Source of the DNA: Sulfurimonadaceae bacterium
GTDB taxonomy: Bacteria; Campylobacterota; Campylobacteria; Campylobacterales; Sulfurimonadaceae
Reading direction: 5' to 3'
Assembly (NCBI GenBank): GCA_041548245.1
Contig: JBFESZ010000017.1
Coordinates: 1-28,650, forward strand
DNA: 28,650 nucleotides
Position numbers and translations under genes: made by a program. Position 1 is the first letter of the stretch. Every line of letters begins with the position of its first letter. Under the pieces are notes generated by a model that was not told the origin of the DNA, made no database searches, and was given only the letters and a program-made list of their open reading frames with translations. Positions 9,760 to 18,382 of this stretch are shown here, one piece after another.

Positions 9760-10377
9760 ATGAAATTATTAAGTTTAATAATATTATTCTTTATCTCCAC
9801 GCTTTTCGCTTTTAATGGTGGGCCCATTTCTGAAAAGATTATGAAAAAAGCCGAACGAAAATATAGTGGTCATGTTCTCAGCCGATACCTGAGTTATAAC
9901 ACGATGTTAGAGCAGGCCGAGCATTTAAACTTAAACAACAAACTTAATCTCGTCAACGAATTTTTCAACAGTGTCACCTATGAAAGCGATATAAAAACCT
10001 GGAAACAGGATGACTATTGGGCAACACCACTTGAGTTTTTAGGACGGAACAAAGGTGACAGTGAGGATTTTGTCATCGCCAAATATTTTGCGTTGATTAC
10101 CCTAAATATAGATCCAAAAAAGCTCTATTTCACTTATGTGAATTCTACTGAATTCAAACAACCTCATATGGTTCTTAGTTACTTTGAAACGCCCCAATCA
10201 GATCCCTTGATTATAGACAATCTTAATCCAGAGATATTAAAAGCATCACAACGCTCAGACCTTACACCTGTGTATAACTTCAATGCCAATACACTCCATA
10301 CACTTAGCAAATCAAACAAAAGCACCCATAAAAAGTGGGAAAAACTTATTAATCGCGTTAAAAGGAATAAACTATGA
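9760..10377 (+). CDS. lapG: LapG-like periplasmic transglutaminase-like peptidase (BTLCP family) with the catalytic Cys replaced by Ser
   Basis: Signal peptide; VNEFFN, SD...W...DYWATPLEFL, GD[S]EDFVIAKY, HMVLSY, PLIIDNL, RSDLTPVYNFN; ATGA overlap with the lapD-like gene. Confidence 0.9.
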   Translation: MKLLSLIILFFISTLFAFNGGPISEKIMKKAERKYSGHVLSRYLSYNTMLEQAEHLNLNNKLNLVNEFFNSVTYESDIKTWKQDDYWATPLEFLGRNKGDSEDFVIAKYFALITLNIDPKKLYFTYVNSTEFKQPHMVLSYFETPQSDPLIIDNLNPEILKASQRSDLTPVYNFNANTLHTLSKSNKSTHKKWEKLINRVKRNKL

Positions 10378-12284
10378 GTCTCTTTAAGCAGATCAGTATT
10401 GTCATGTCGCTCTTTTTGTTTGTCGTTATTCTTACTGTAATGACACTCAACTTTCACTCAGCAAAACAGTATGCACAACAGGAGCTCTATGCCAATGCAC
10501 AAAACAGCGCTGCTACCTTAAGTCTTTCTCTCTCAAATGCCAGAGGCGATATCAATACCATGTCAACGATGATCAATGCAGTGTTTGATAGTGGATACTA
10601 TAAAGAGATAAGCCTTTTGGATAATGATGGTAAAAAAATTTTTAAACGTACAAAAGAAGAAACTTCACTTGATATCCCTGTATGGTTTAGCAAACTTTAC
10701 AGTTTTGAAACCCCTATTGCCTCCTCAAATGTCTCTTCTGGCTGGAACCCTATCGGTCAGATTCAAATCACATCATTAGAAGACAATGCCCACGTAAAAC
10801 TTTATGAGAACTTTCTTGAACTGATTCAGACTTTTTTCATTATCGCCCTGTTGACCTTCACACTCTTGTTCTTCCTCTTAAAACTTATTCTATCATCTTT
10901 GCAGAGACTTAAAGAACAGGCTGAAGCAGTGAGTGACAATCAATGTCTTATCAATGAAAACATCCCAAGTACCACAGAGTTCAAAGAAGTCACCCTAGCT
11001 ATGAATAAAATGGTACTCAAAGTCAAAGAGATATTTGAAAAAGAGGCTGCCGCTGTCAAGAATTACCATAAGGCACTCTATACTGACACTTTAACCTCTT
11101 TGGGTAACCGAAACTTTTTTGAACAGAAGATCAATGAGTTTATCGCATCACATGAGGCTGATGCCAATGGTGTTATTCTTACCCTCTATTTTGACGGGAT
11201 CAGTGATGCGAACAGAGTCATTGGGCATGAGAATGTAGACCTTCTCATCCAAAAACTTGCCACAATTGTCAAAAACAAACTTCAGAATGAGAAAAGTGCA
11301 CTCATTTCACGTATAGACGGCACAAAGTTTTCTATGATCTTTCCAGGTTTACAAAAGGAGGATATCGAAAACTATGCCGATGAACTTCTCACTCAAGCAA
11401 TGATCGCTCTCGAGCATGATTGTGTATCAGAATGTGAATGCTCGATTAAATTGGTACAGACAACCTATAATACACAAGACAATGCCGCAGGAATTATCAA
11501 CAAAATAGAAAAAAGTTTGCTAGACACCCAAAAGAACACAATTCACTATAGTAGTGATGAGGGTGCAGAAAATAATACTTTGCAAAAAGATATTATCAAA
11601 AGAAGAATCAAAGAGCATTCTATTGCCTTGGCTTTGCAAGATGTGTATGACAATGAAAACAATGTCTTGCACGCTGAGGCCTATGTACGACTTTTTGATG
11701 AAAATAGACAGATGCATGAAGCCGGTGATTTCATTCCACTGGTGCATAAGATGGGATTGGATACAGAACTTGATCAAAATGTGATCAATTATGCGATTAA
11801 AGAGCCAAAAATACACCAAAATAATATTGCCATCAATATCTCTTCACGTTTTATACAAGACAAAGAGAGTGTACAATGGTTAAAAGGGCGTTTAGCAAGT
11901 ATTTCACAAGATTGCAAGCTCAGCTTTGAAATATCAAATCACAGTCTCCTAAGTTGTGTGAACGAAGGGACGGAATTCTCAAACATGCTAAGAAATGCCG
12001 GTCACTGTTTTGGAATTGATCGTTTTAATATTGAGGAGGAGAGTAATTTGAACTACCTTCAGATGATCAAACCTGAATATATTAAAATTGACAGTCAGTA
12101 CCTGTACAGTATGCTTCAAGGAGAACAGGCACAGAATAATCCTGTCTTGCAAAGCCTTATCGAACGTCTCGACATCAAAATCATTGCAAACAACATTGAA
12201 AATAAGAGCATAAAAGAGTTTTTAGAAAAAATGGGAATCAAATACTTCCAGGGCAGTCTTTTATCTAAACCCAAGCTTGTATAA
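10374..12284 (+). CDS. lapD: LapD/MoxY-type transmembrane c-di-GMP receptor (periplasmic output domain, HAMP, degenerate GGDEF, degenerate EAL)
   Basis: MSLFKQ start and TM1; AVFDSGYY, IPVWF and SSGW motifs; TM2; HAMP; YTDTLTSLGNR; GGDEF degenerate to DGTKF; EAL domain with EAYVR, AINIS, FEIS, IDRF, IKID and FQG. Confidence 0.9.
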   Translation: MSLFKQISIVMSLFLFVVILTVMTLNFHSAKQYAQQELYANAQNSAATLSLSLSNARGDINTMSTMINAVFDSGYYKEISLLDNDGKKIFKRTKEETSLDIPVWFSKLYSFETPIASSNVSSGWNPIGQIQITSLEDNAHVKLYENFLELIQTFFIIALLTFTLLFFLLKLILSSLQRLKEQAEAVSDNQCLINENIPSTTEFKEVTLAMNKMVLKVKEIFEKEAAAVKNYHKALYTDTLTSLGNRNFFEQKINEFIASHEADANGVILTLYFDGISDANRVIGHENVDLLIQKLATIVKNKLQNEKSALISRIDGTKFSMIFPGLQKEDIENYADELLTQAMIALEHDCVSECECSIKLVQTTYNTQDNAAGIINKIEKSLLDTQKNTIHYSSDEGAENNTLQKDIIKRRIKEHSIALALQDVYDNENNVLHAEAYVRLFDENRQMHEAGDFIPLVHKMGLDTELDQNVINYAIKEPKIHQNNIAINISSRFIQDKESVQWLKGRLASISQDCKLSFEISNHSLLSCVNEGTEFSNMLRNAGHCFGIDRFNIEEESNLNYLQMIKPEYIKIDSQYLYSMLQGEQAQNNPVLQSLIERLDIKIIANNIENKSIKEFLEKMGIKYFQGSLLSKPKLV

Positions 12285-12388
12285 TCATCAGTCAGACTAT
12301 GTTAAAAACAATTATCATAGTCGTACTTTCTCAAAGATAGTAAAAATCAATTATTAAAAATATGTTAGAGATATAAAGAAAAGAGGAA

Positions 12389-12405
12389 CTGTCCGTAAAG
12401 GACAG
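12389..12405 (-). terminator. Intrinsic terminator of serA
   Basis: Minus strand CTGTCC-TTTAC-GGACAG followed by TTCCTCTTTTCTTT, 12 nt after the serA stop. Confidence 0.6.
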
Positions 12406-12417
12406 CCGATAAAGCTT

Positions 12418-14001
12418 TTATAGTTGTGCGTAGTCTACGCTGATACATGCTTCAAGCTCTGAGAGTTCCTGAAGTGTCTCTTTAGAAACCTTAGAGTCAA
12501 CGATAATAACAGCCAAAGCCTGGTCATTATTACGCCCTAAACGGAAATCAGCGATATTGACATCATGCTTGGCCAACGTTGTACCAACATGACCTATTAC
12601 TCCTGGAACATCTGTATTTTTAAAGATGATCATATTACCTTTTGGCTCGATGTCTAGATCAAATCCATTGATATCTACGATACGTTGAACACCTTCTTCA
12701 AAGATTGTTGAAGAGATAGAAATAACGTTTTTCTCCGTTGTCACTTTGATAGTGATCTTGTTCTTATAGATACTGGTATTTGCCTCTTCTTCAAAATCAA
12801 GCAAGATACCACGGTCTTTTGCAACGAATTCTGCATTGACGTAGTTTATCTTTTCACCAAGAGCTTCTGTTAACGCACCCACCGTAACGAAAGTCATCAA
12901 TGACTTTAGGTAGGCAGCGATATCACCTTCTGCAGATACTTTGATCGACTTGATTGGTGCTTTGTTCGTTTGTGCAGCCAAGAAAGCTGTCTTTTGTGCA
13001 AGTTCCAAGAATGGTTTGACAAAAGAAGGAATCTTATTCTCATCAATCGGCAGATTAAACGCATTTTTGAACTCAATCCCTTTAGCCGCATTGAGTGCCT
13101 GTGATGCTGCTTGCGTACCGATATTGTATTGAGATTCAAATGTATTTGCACCAAGGTGAGGTGAGACAACAATATTATCAAGGTCTAACAGAGGATGGTC
13201 TGTCGCTGGCTCTTTATTAAAGACATCAATCCCGGCAAACCGGATCTTACCTGACTTCAGATTATTATAAAGTGCTTCTTCATTATAAAGACCACCACGT
13301 GCACAGTTGATAAGAACGACACCGTCTTTCATCTTAGCGATCTCTTCTTCATCGATCATATTGAGTGTCTCTTTATTCTTAGGCGTATGGATAGTGATGA
13401 TATCACAAGACAAGATATCATCAAAATTTTCCGTATATGTCATACCCAGATCAGTTACTTTAGAAGAAGAAATATATGGGTCGTAAGCAACAATATCCAT
13501 TTCAAAGGCTTTCGCACGGATACCTACACGGCTACCAATGTTACCAAAGCCTATAATACCAAGACGTTTACCTTTAAGTTCATGTCCATACCACTTCTCT
13601 CGCTTCCAGATTCTCTGGTTTTTAAGATGATCGTGAGAGTACGGGAACATCCGCATACATGAGAGCATATGCGCCATTGTAAGCTCAACAGCAGCAATAG
13701 TATTTGCTGTAGGTACATTCATTACGATTATACCCTCTTTCGAACAGCCGTCAATATCAACATTATCGACACCGACACCCGCACGTACAACTGCTTTCAT
13801 ATTTTTAGCAGCAGCCAGAAACTTATCGTCTACATCTGTTGAACTACGTGTGATAGCAACATCAGCTGTAGCAATGACATCTAAAAGTGATGTTTTATCA
13901 ACATCCGCTGCAAATATATACTCAATCTGCTCATCGTTTTTAAGCATTTCAAGACCAGCTTCATGAATATGGTCACATACTACTATTTTAGGCTTTGACA
14001 T
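12418..14001 (-). CDS. serA: D-3-phosphoglycerate dehydrogenase (long form with C-terminal ACT domain)
   Basis: RAGVGVDNVD, GIIGFGNIG, INCARGG, DVF..EP, PHLGANT, ACT motif NTDVPGVIG...NIADFRLGR; GAAGGA SD before ATG 14001. Confidence 0.97.
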   Translation of the reverse strand: MSKPKIVVCDHIHEAGLEMLKNDEQIEYIFAADVDKTSLLDVIATADVAITRSSTDVDDKFLAAAKNMKAVVRAGVGVDNVDIDGCSKEGIIVMNVPTANTIAAVELTMAHMLSCMRMFPYSHDHLKNQRIWKREKWYGHELKGKRLGIIGFGNIGSRVGIRAKAFEMDIVAYDPYISSSKVTDLGMTYTENFDDILSCDIITIHTPKNKETLNMIDEEEIAKMKDGVVLINCARGGLYNEEALYNNLKSGKIRFAGIDVFNKEPATDHPLLDLDNIVVSPHLGANTFESQYNIGTQAASQALNAAKGIEFKNAFNLPIDENKIPSFVKPFLELAQKTAFLAAQTNKAPIKSIKVSAEGDIAAYLKSLMTFVTVGALTEALGEKINYVNAEFVAKDRGILLDFEEEANTSIYKNKITIKVTTEKNVISISSTIFEEGVQRIVDINGFDLDIEPKGNMIIFKNTDVPGVIGHVGTTLAKHDVNIADFRLGRNNDQALAVIIVDSKVSKETLQELSELEACISVDYAQL

Positions 14002-14030
14002 ATAAAATTTCCTTCTACTCAATATATAAA

Positions 14031-14070
14031 ATGGTATCCAAAGTACTAAATTTAGTATTTTGGATACCGT
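14031..14070. repeat. 40-bp near-perfect palindrome between the hypothetical gene and serA
   Basis: ATGGTATCCAAAGTACTAAA|TTTAGTATTTTGGATACCGT; 18 of 20 positions complementary. Confidence 0.85.
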
Positions 14071-14553
14071 TTATCTTATAAGTTTAATTATGTTCGCATT
14101 TATAGCATAATTTTTTAATGATTTTACTATGCTTTTTAATTGATCCAAGTTTTTTGAATGGATGACAAGCTTCGTCTCATCCTTATTCTGTTCAAACATA
14201 TATTTAACCTGATACTGTTTTAACACCTCTTTAAGACAGAAGATTTGATAAGGGTCCAAATCTCCAGCTCTGAGCTGATATATTGTTGTCTTTTTGGGTG
14301 GTTCTTTCAAATCCACTTCAACAAAGATCTCAGTAACAGGATAAAAATAACCCTGATTCTCACGTTCAGAAAAACGTTCTATCCATTTCTCTCGACTTGG
14401 GATATCAGGTAATTGTTGTGCTTGGGGGATATCTGCTTTTTCATCATAGATGACTGCATCCGTTTGATTAACTTGAACCAAAAAGAAAATCAAGAAAATG
14501 GCAACTCCGACAAATATTGCCGGAAAAAGCCATCGTGCAAGCATCTTATGCAT
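14071..14553 (-). CDS. Conserved membrane-anchored periplasmic protein (positional equivalent of the gene between rpsA and serA in Campylobacter)
   Basis: Single N-terminal TM helix; YFYPV and LDPYQIFCLKEVL motifs; 6 nt downstream of rpsA. Confidence 0.8.
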   Translation of the reverse strand: MHKMLARWLFPAIFVGVAIFLIFFLVQVNQTDAVIYDEKADIPQAQQLPDIPSREKWIERFSERENQGYFYPVTEIFVEVDLKEPPKKTTIYQLRAGDLDPYQIFCLKEVLKQYQVKYMFEQNKDETKLVIHSKNLDQLKSIVKSLKNYAINANIIKLIR

Positions 14554-14559
14554 TTTAGC

Positions 14560-16218
14560 TTACTTCAGTTGGTCTTTAATAAGATCACCTAAAGAGTTCG
14601 ACTCATCATTTTGCGCATTGACTTCAGCTAAAACATCCTGGTCTTTAAGACGTTGAAGTTTTTTAACAGAAAGGCGAACACGATCACGCTTAACATCGAT
14701 TACAGCTATAGCCGCTTCGATTTCATCACCAGGGTTAAGTTCCTCTGCCACTAAAGGTTCAAGATCTTCATTACGGATAAGCGCATCCATATCACCTTCA
14801 AGTGAAACGAATACTCCGAAATCTTTGACGTCACGAACCTTACCTTTAACGATCTCATTGATTTTATGCTCTTTAGCAAACTTGTCAACCGGACTTTCAA
14901 GAAGTGCTTTGCGATTAAGTGAGATTTTTTCTTCATCACGGTTGATCTTAACAATCTTCACTTCAACCTCATCACCAACTTTGAAAAGGTCTTTTGCCTT
15001 AGTGTTTTTATCCCATGAACAGTCTTGATTATGTAAAAGGCCTTCAACACTTCCAATACGGACAAAAGCACCAAAGTCAGTCAGTGTAGTAACAGTCCCT
15101 GTAACGATATCACCTTCACGTGAAGTCTTGACAAATTCATCAAAAGGTTTCGGTAATAATGACTTTAATGAAACACGTAGTTTATGTTTTTTAGAGTCGA
15201 TCTCAATTACTTCAACATCGATCTCTTGCCCTACTTCCAAATAATCTTTTGGTGATTTAATGTTCTTGTCCCAAGTGATCTCAGATACATGCAGGAAACC
15301 TTCGATATCATTACCAAGGTCAACAAATACACCATACGGCTCGACATTAGAAACCGTTACCGTAATAGTATCACCTTCATCCAACTCAGACTCAACTTCT
15401 TCCCAAGGATCAGACATAACAGCTTTGATTGAAAGTGAAAGGTGACGCTTGTCTTTATCATATGCAATAGCTTTACACTGAACAACATCACCCTCTTTGT
15501 AATATTTAGACGGGTTAACCGGCCCTTTGTAAGAGATCTCGTTATAGTGCACAAGGCCATCTACCCCACCGACATCTACAAACATACCATAAGAAGTAAT
15601 TTTCTTGATCGTTCCTTCAACAACAACATCCTCTTCAAGAAGAGCATCGATGACCTGCTTGCGTTTTTTACGATCTTCATTAAGAAGTTTACGGCGAGAA
15701 AGAACTATAGAGTTCTCATCTTCATCAATCTTAACAACTGCCGCTTTAACTTTACGGCCTACTATACTGTCATCATCTTTGAGTGCTGCAAGTGAGCGTG
15801 GCATAAAGAAATTGACACCATCTGCCTCAACAATATATCCACCGCGATTTTTCTTTGTGATGGTACCTTCAACTAAAAGATCTTCATAGTTATCTTTATG
15901 AGCTTTGATAAATTCTAAAGTCTTAAGTTGTTCCATTACTTTCTTATGAGAGATTTTAGGACGCTCATTACGATATCCCATTACCATCACTTGAATAGTA
16001 TCATTAACTTTGTATTTTAATTCACCTGATTCATCTTGAATCTCGTTTAGGTATAAAATACCCTCTAGTTTTTCACCCACATCTACGAGTGCTTTATCTT
16101 CTTGGATCTCTACGATTACGCCTTCAGCTATACGATTTGATTCTTCAGCACGTTTTTCTGATGCTTCAAACATCGCCGCAAAGTTTTCTTCTTCCATTGG
16201 TTCGAGCTCTTGAGCCAT
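14560..16218 (-). CDS. rpsA: 30S ribosomal protein S1
   Basis: Six S1 repeats (e.g. YGMFVDVGGVDGLVHYNEIS, YGVFVDLGNDIEGFLHVSEI, FGAFVRIGSVEGLLH); C-terminal SLGDLIK. Confidence 0.98.
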   Translation of the reverse strand: MAQELEPMEEENFAAMFEASEKRAEESNRIAEGVIVEIQEDKALVDVGEKLEGILYLNEIQDESGELKYKVNDTIQVMVMGYRNERPKISHKKVMEQLKTLEFIKAHKDNYEDLLVEGTITKKNRGGYIVEADGVNFFMPRSLAALKDDDSIVGRKVKAAVVKIDEDENSIVLSRRKLLNEDRKKRKQVIDALLEEDVVVEGTIKKITSYGMFVDVGGVDGLVHYNEISYKGPVNPSKYYKEGDVVQCKAIAYDKDKRHLSLSIKAVMSDPWEEVESELDEGDTITVTVSNVEPYGVFVDLGNDIEGFLHVSEITWDKNIKSPKDYLEVGQEIDVEVIEIDSKKHKLRVSLKSLLPKPFDEFVKTSREGDIVTGTVTTLTDFGAFVRIGSVEGLLHNQDCSWDKNTKAKDLFKVGDEVEVKIVKINRDEEKISLNRKALLESPVDKFAKEHKINEIVKGKVRDVKDFGVFVSLEGDMDALIRNEDLEPLVAEELNPGDEIEAAIAVIDVKRDRVRLSVKKLQRLKDQDVLAEVNAQNDESNSLGDLIKDQLK

Positions 16219-16237
16219 ACAAATATCCCTTTGTTAT

Positions 16238-16283
16238 GGGCATCCTTTCCAGACACCCTGATTATAAAAATTTGCAAATTATA
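16238..16283 (-). promoter_or_regulatory. rpsA promoter (two TATAAT boxes) and leader hairpin
   Basis: Minus-strand TATAAT at 16283-16278 and 16266-16261; hairpin GGGTGTCT-GGAAA-GGATGCCC at 16258-16238 just upstream of the AAAGGGA SD. Confidence 0.5.
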
Positions 16284-16438
16284 TCTAATCTATCCTTGTT
16301 GTAGCTTTATATCTAATGATGTTATGAAAATAATAAGTATAAATGGAAAAATATCTCTTCGCTTAGATGAGTTAAGCTACTTTTACATATAGCATGCTAA
16401 CATTATAGAATACGATTTATACATATTCAGGACACTAT

Positions 16439-17554
16439 ATGCACAATATCAAGGACCTTCACAAATATTCAAATGATCTTAATGTTTTATATGTTGAAGA
16501 TGATGCAAACCTTCGAAATGAAACCGAAGCTCTTTTTAAAATGTTATTCAAAAACGTAGATACTGCTGAAGATGGAAGTGCCGGACTAGAAAAGTATAAT
16601 AATAATTTTTATGACCTTGTCATCAGTGATGTCAATATGCCTAAAATGAATGGCATAGAGATGTCAAAAAAGATCAGGGAAATCAACTCTGAACAGAAGA
16701 TTGTTATCATCTCAGCTCATGATGAATCCCATATACTTATCGACCTTATTCGGACAGGGGCAAATGGCTTTATCCTCAAGCCTGTACACATGGAAGATCT
16801 TATAACAACACTTTATCCGGTATGCCGAGATGCCTACACTCAAATTATCAATCTTCAACTCATAGAAGAGTTGAATGAAAAGAATGCACTCCTGGAAGAA
16901 CAGCTAAAGAAACTTCGTGCTTCTGAACATACAATTCAGGCCAAGCATCACCAGATTGAAGGCCTTATTCAAGAGAAGAATGCCAAAATTGAGAAAGAAG
17001 ACAAGGAAGAACTCGAGGAAGTCATCCATAATATTCATGGAAGTGTTGATACCGAAATTCTTTCAGACTATTTTAAAGAGGATGAAGATGAAGGAGCGGA
17101 AAATGTCCTCTTGCTATCGGATCATTGTGCTGATCTGAGTGAGATCTTCACGGAGATACCTGAAATCATCTCAAGGTTTGAAACATATAAAAATGTAGAA
17201 GAAATCCGTACCATTATACAAAACCTCTACAAGGCATCGTCGATATTCGTTTTCTATTCCCCATTTTTAGACCTTCTCTCAACAAGCTTTACTCAACTTG
17301 CGACGACTATGGAAAACAATATGGAAGCTTTCTTGAATTTAATGAATACAAACCCAGACAGTGTATTGATGCTCTTTGATGCCGTAAGTTCAGATATAGA
17401 ACGCTATATAGATCGTTTTCAGATCGAGAGTCTCGCTATGCGAAATGCCCACCACATTCATGAGCCTACTGCACTGAGTATACAACAGATCATAACACTT
17501 ATCGTCCCGCCGCCAGAAGATGAAGGCGATATGGACGATATCTTCGACTTTTAA
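16439..17554 (+). CDS. Response regulator: REC domain, coiled coil and unassigned acidic helical C-terminal domain
   Basis: VLYVEDD, phosphoacceptor ISDVNMPKMNG, IISAHD and FILKPV all intact; CAGGA SD; stop overlaps the ispH stop (TTAA at 17551-17554). Confidence 0.9.
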   Translation: MHNIKDLHKYSNDLNVLYVEDDANLRNETEALFKMLFKNVDTAEDGSAGLEKYNNNFYDLVISDVNMPKMNGIEMSKKIREINSEQKIVIISAHDESHILIDLIRTGANGFILKPVHMEDLITTLYPVCRDAYTQIINLQLIEELNEKNALLEEQLKKLRASEHTIQAKHHQIEGLIQEKNAKIEKEDKEELEEVIHNIHGSVDTEILSDYFKEDEDEGAENVLLLSDHCADLSEIFTEIPEIISRFETYKNVEEIRTIIQNLYKASSIFVFYSPFLDLLSTSFTQLATTMENNMEAFLNLMNTNPDSVLMLFDAVSSDIERYIDRFQIESLAMRNAHHIHEPTALSIQQIITLIVPPPEDEGDMDDIFDF

Positions 17555-18381
17555 GTAGAAAGTTCTTTAATCTTTTCCATGACCTGCTTGATGATCCAAT
17601 CTGGTGTGGAGGCACCCGCACTGATACCGCACTCTTCTTTTGATGTAAACCATGAAGCTTCCAGGTCATCAGGACCTTCAACAAGATAGCTGTCACAACA
17701 GTCCTCTTTTGCTATGGAGTGCAGCTGTTTGGTATTGGATGAGTTTTTACCACCGATGATAACCATGACATCTGACTCTTTGGCAAGCTTACGTACTGCA
17801 TCCTGGTTGTCAAAAGTCGCATTACAGATCGTATTGAAGACACGTACTTCTTTATGTGAACGTATAAGATAATTACAGATCTTCATAAACTCTTCGACCT
17901 TGCGTGTTGTCTGAGCAACGACAGCTATCTTCTCACTAAAATGCTTGCCTTCGAGCTCTTCAACATTCTCTATAACGGTAGCCCCTTTCTCAGCATAAGA
18001 CATAACACCCTTGATCTCAGGATGATTAGCATCCCCAAAGATAACGATGTCATATCCCTCTTTGCTCATCTCTTCACAGATTTGCGGGGGCTTTGTCACA
18101 TAAGGACAAGTCGCATCGATGACTTCAATTTCCCTCTTTTGTAAAGCAGCCAATTCATTTTTTGGTATACCATGTGTTCTGATAACCGCCTTGTCCCCAG
18201 CTTTAAATGTTGAAATATCTTCTACCAAAGAGACCTTATAGTCCTCTTTCAGACGGTCGATCTCTTTAGAATTATGGATTAAAGGACCGTAAGTTGCTGA
18301 GCCAACATTCTCTTCAGCAATTTTAATGGCACGCTTGACGCCAAAACAAAATCCGTAGTTTTCAGCTAGTTTTACATTCAT
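17551..18381 (-). CDS. ispH: 4-hydroxy-3-methylbut-2-enyl diphosphate reductase
   Basis: GFCFGVKRA, LIHN, IRTHG, DATCP, HPEIKG, QTT, NTICNAT, GGKNSSNT, AGASTP. Confidence 0.97.
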   Translation of the reverse strand: MNVKLAENYGFCFGVKRAIKIAEENVGSATYGPLIHNSKEIDRLKEDYKVSLVEDISTFKAGDKAVIRTHGIPKNELAALQKREIEVIDATCPYVTKPPQICEEMSKEGYDIVIFGDANHPEIKGVMSYAEKGATVIENVEELEGKHFSEKIAVVAQTTRKVEEFMKICNYLIRSHKEVRVFNTICNATFDNQDAVRKLAKESDVMVIIGGKNSSNTKQLHSIAKEDCCDSYLVEGPDDLEASWFTSKEECGISAGASTPDWIIKQVMEKIKELST

Positions 18382-18382
18382 C

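Noticed and set aside
12295-12322. Imperfect hairpin GACTATGTTAA...TTATCATAGTC after lapD
   Set aside because: Weak stem with no clear U-tract; not enough to call a terminator.
18081-18095. IspH reads TKPPQ where I recall TKPQQ in relatives
   Set aside because: Single substitution outside the Fe-S Cys and catalytic His/Glu residues; cannot be verified without an alignment.
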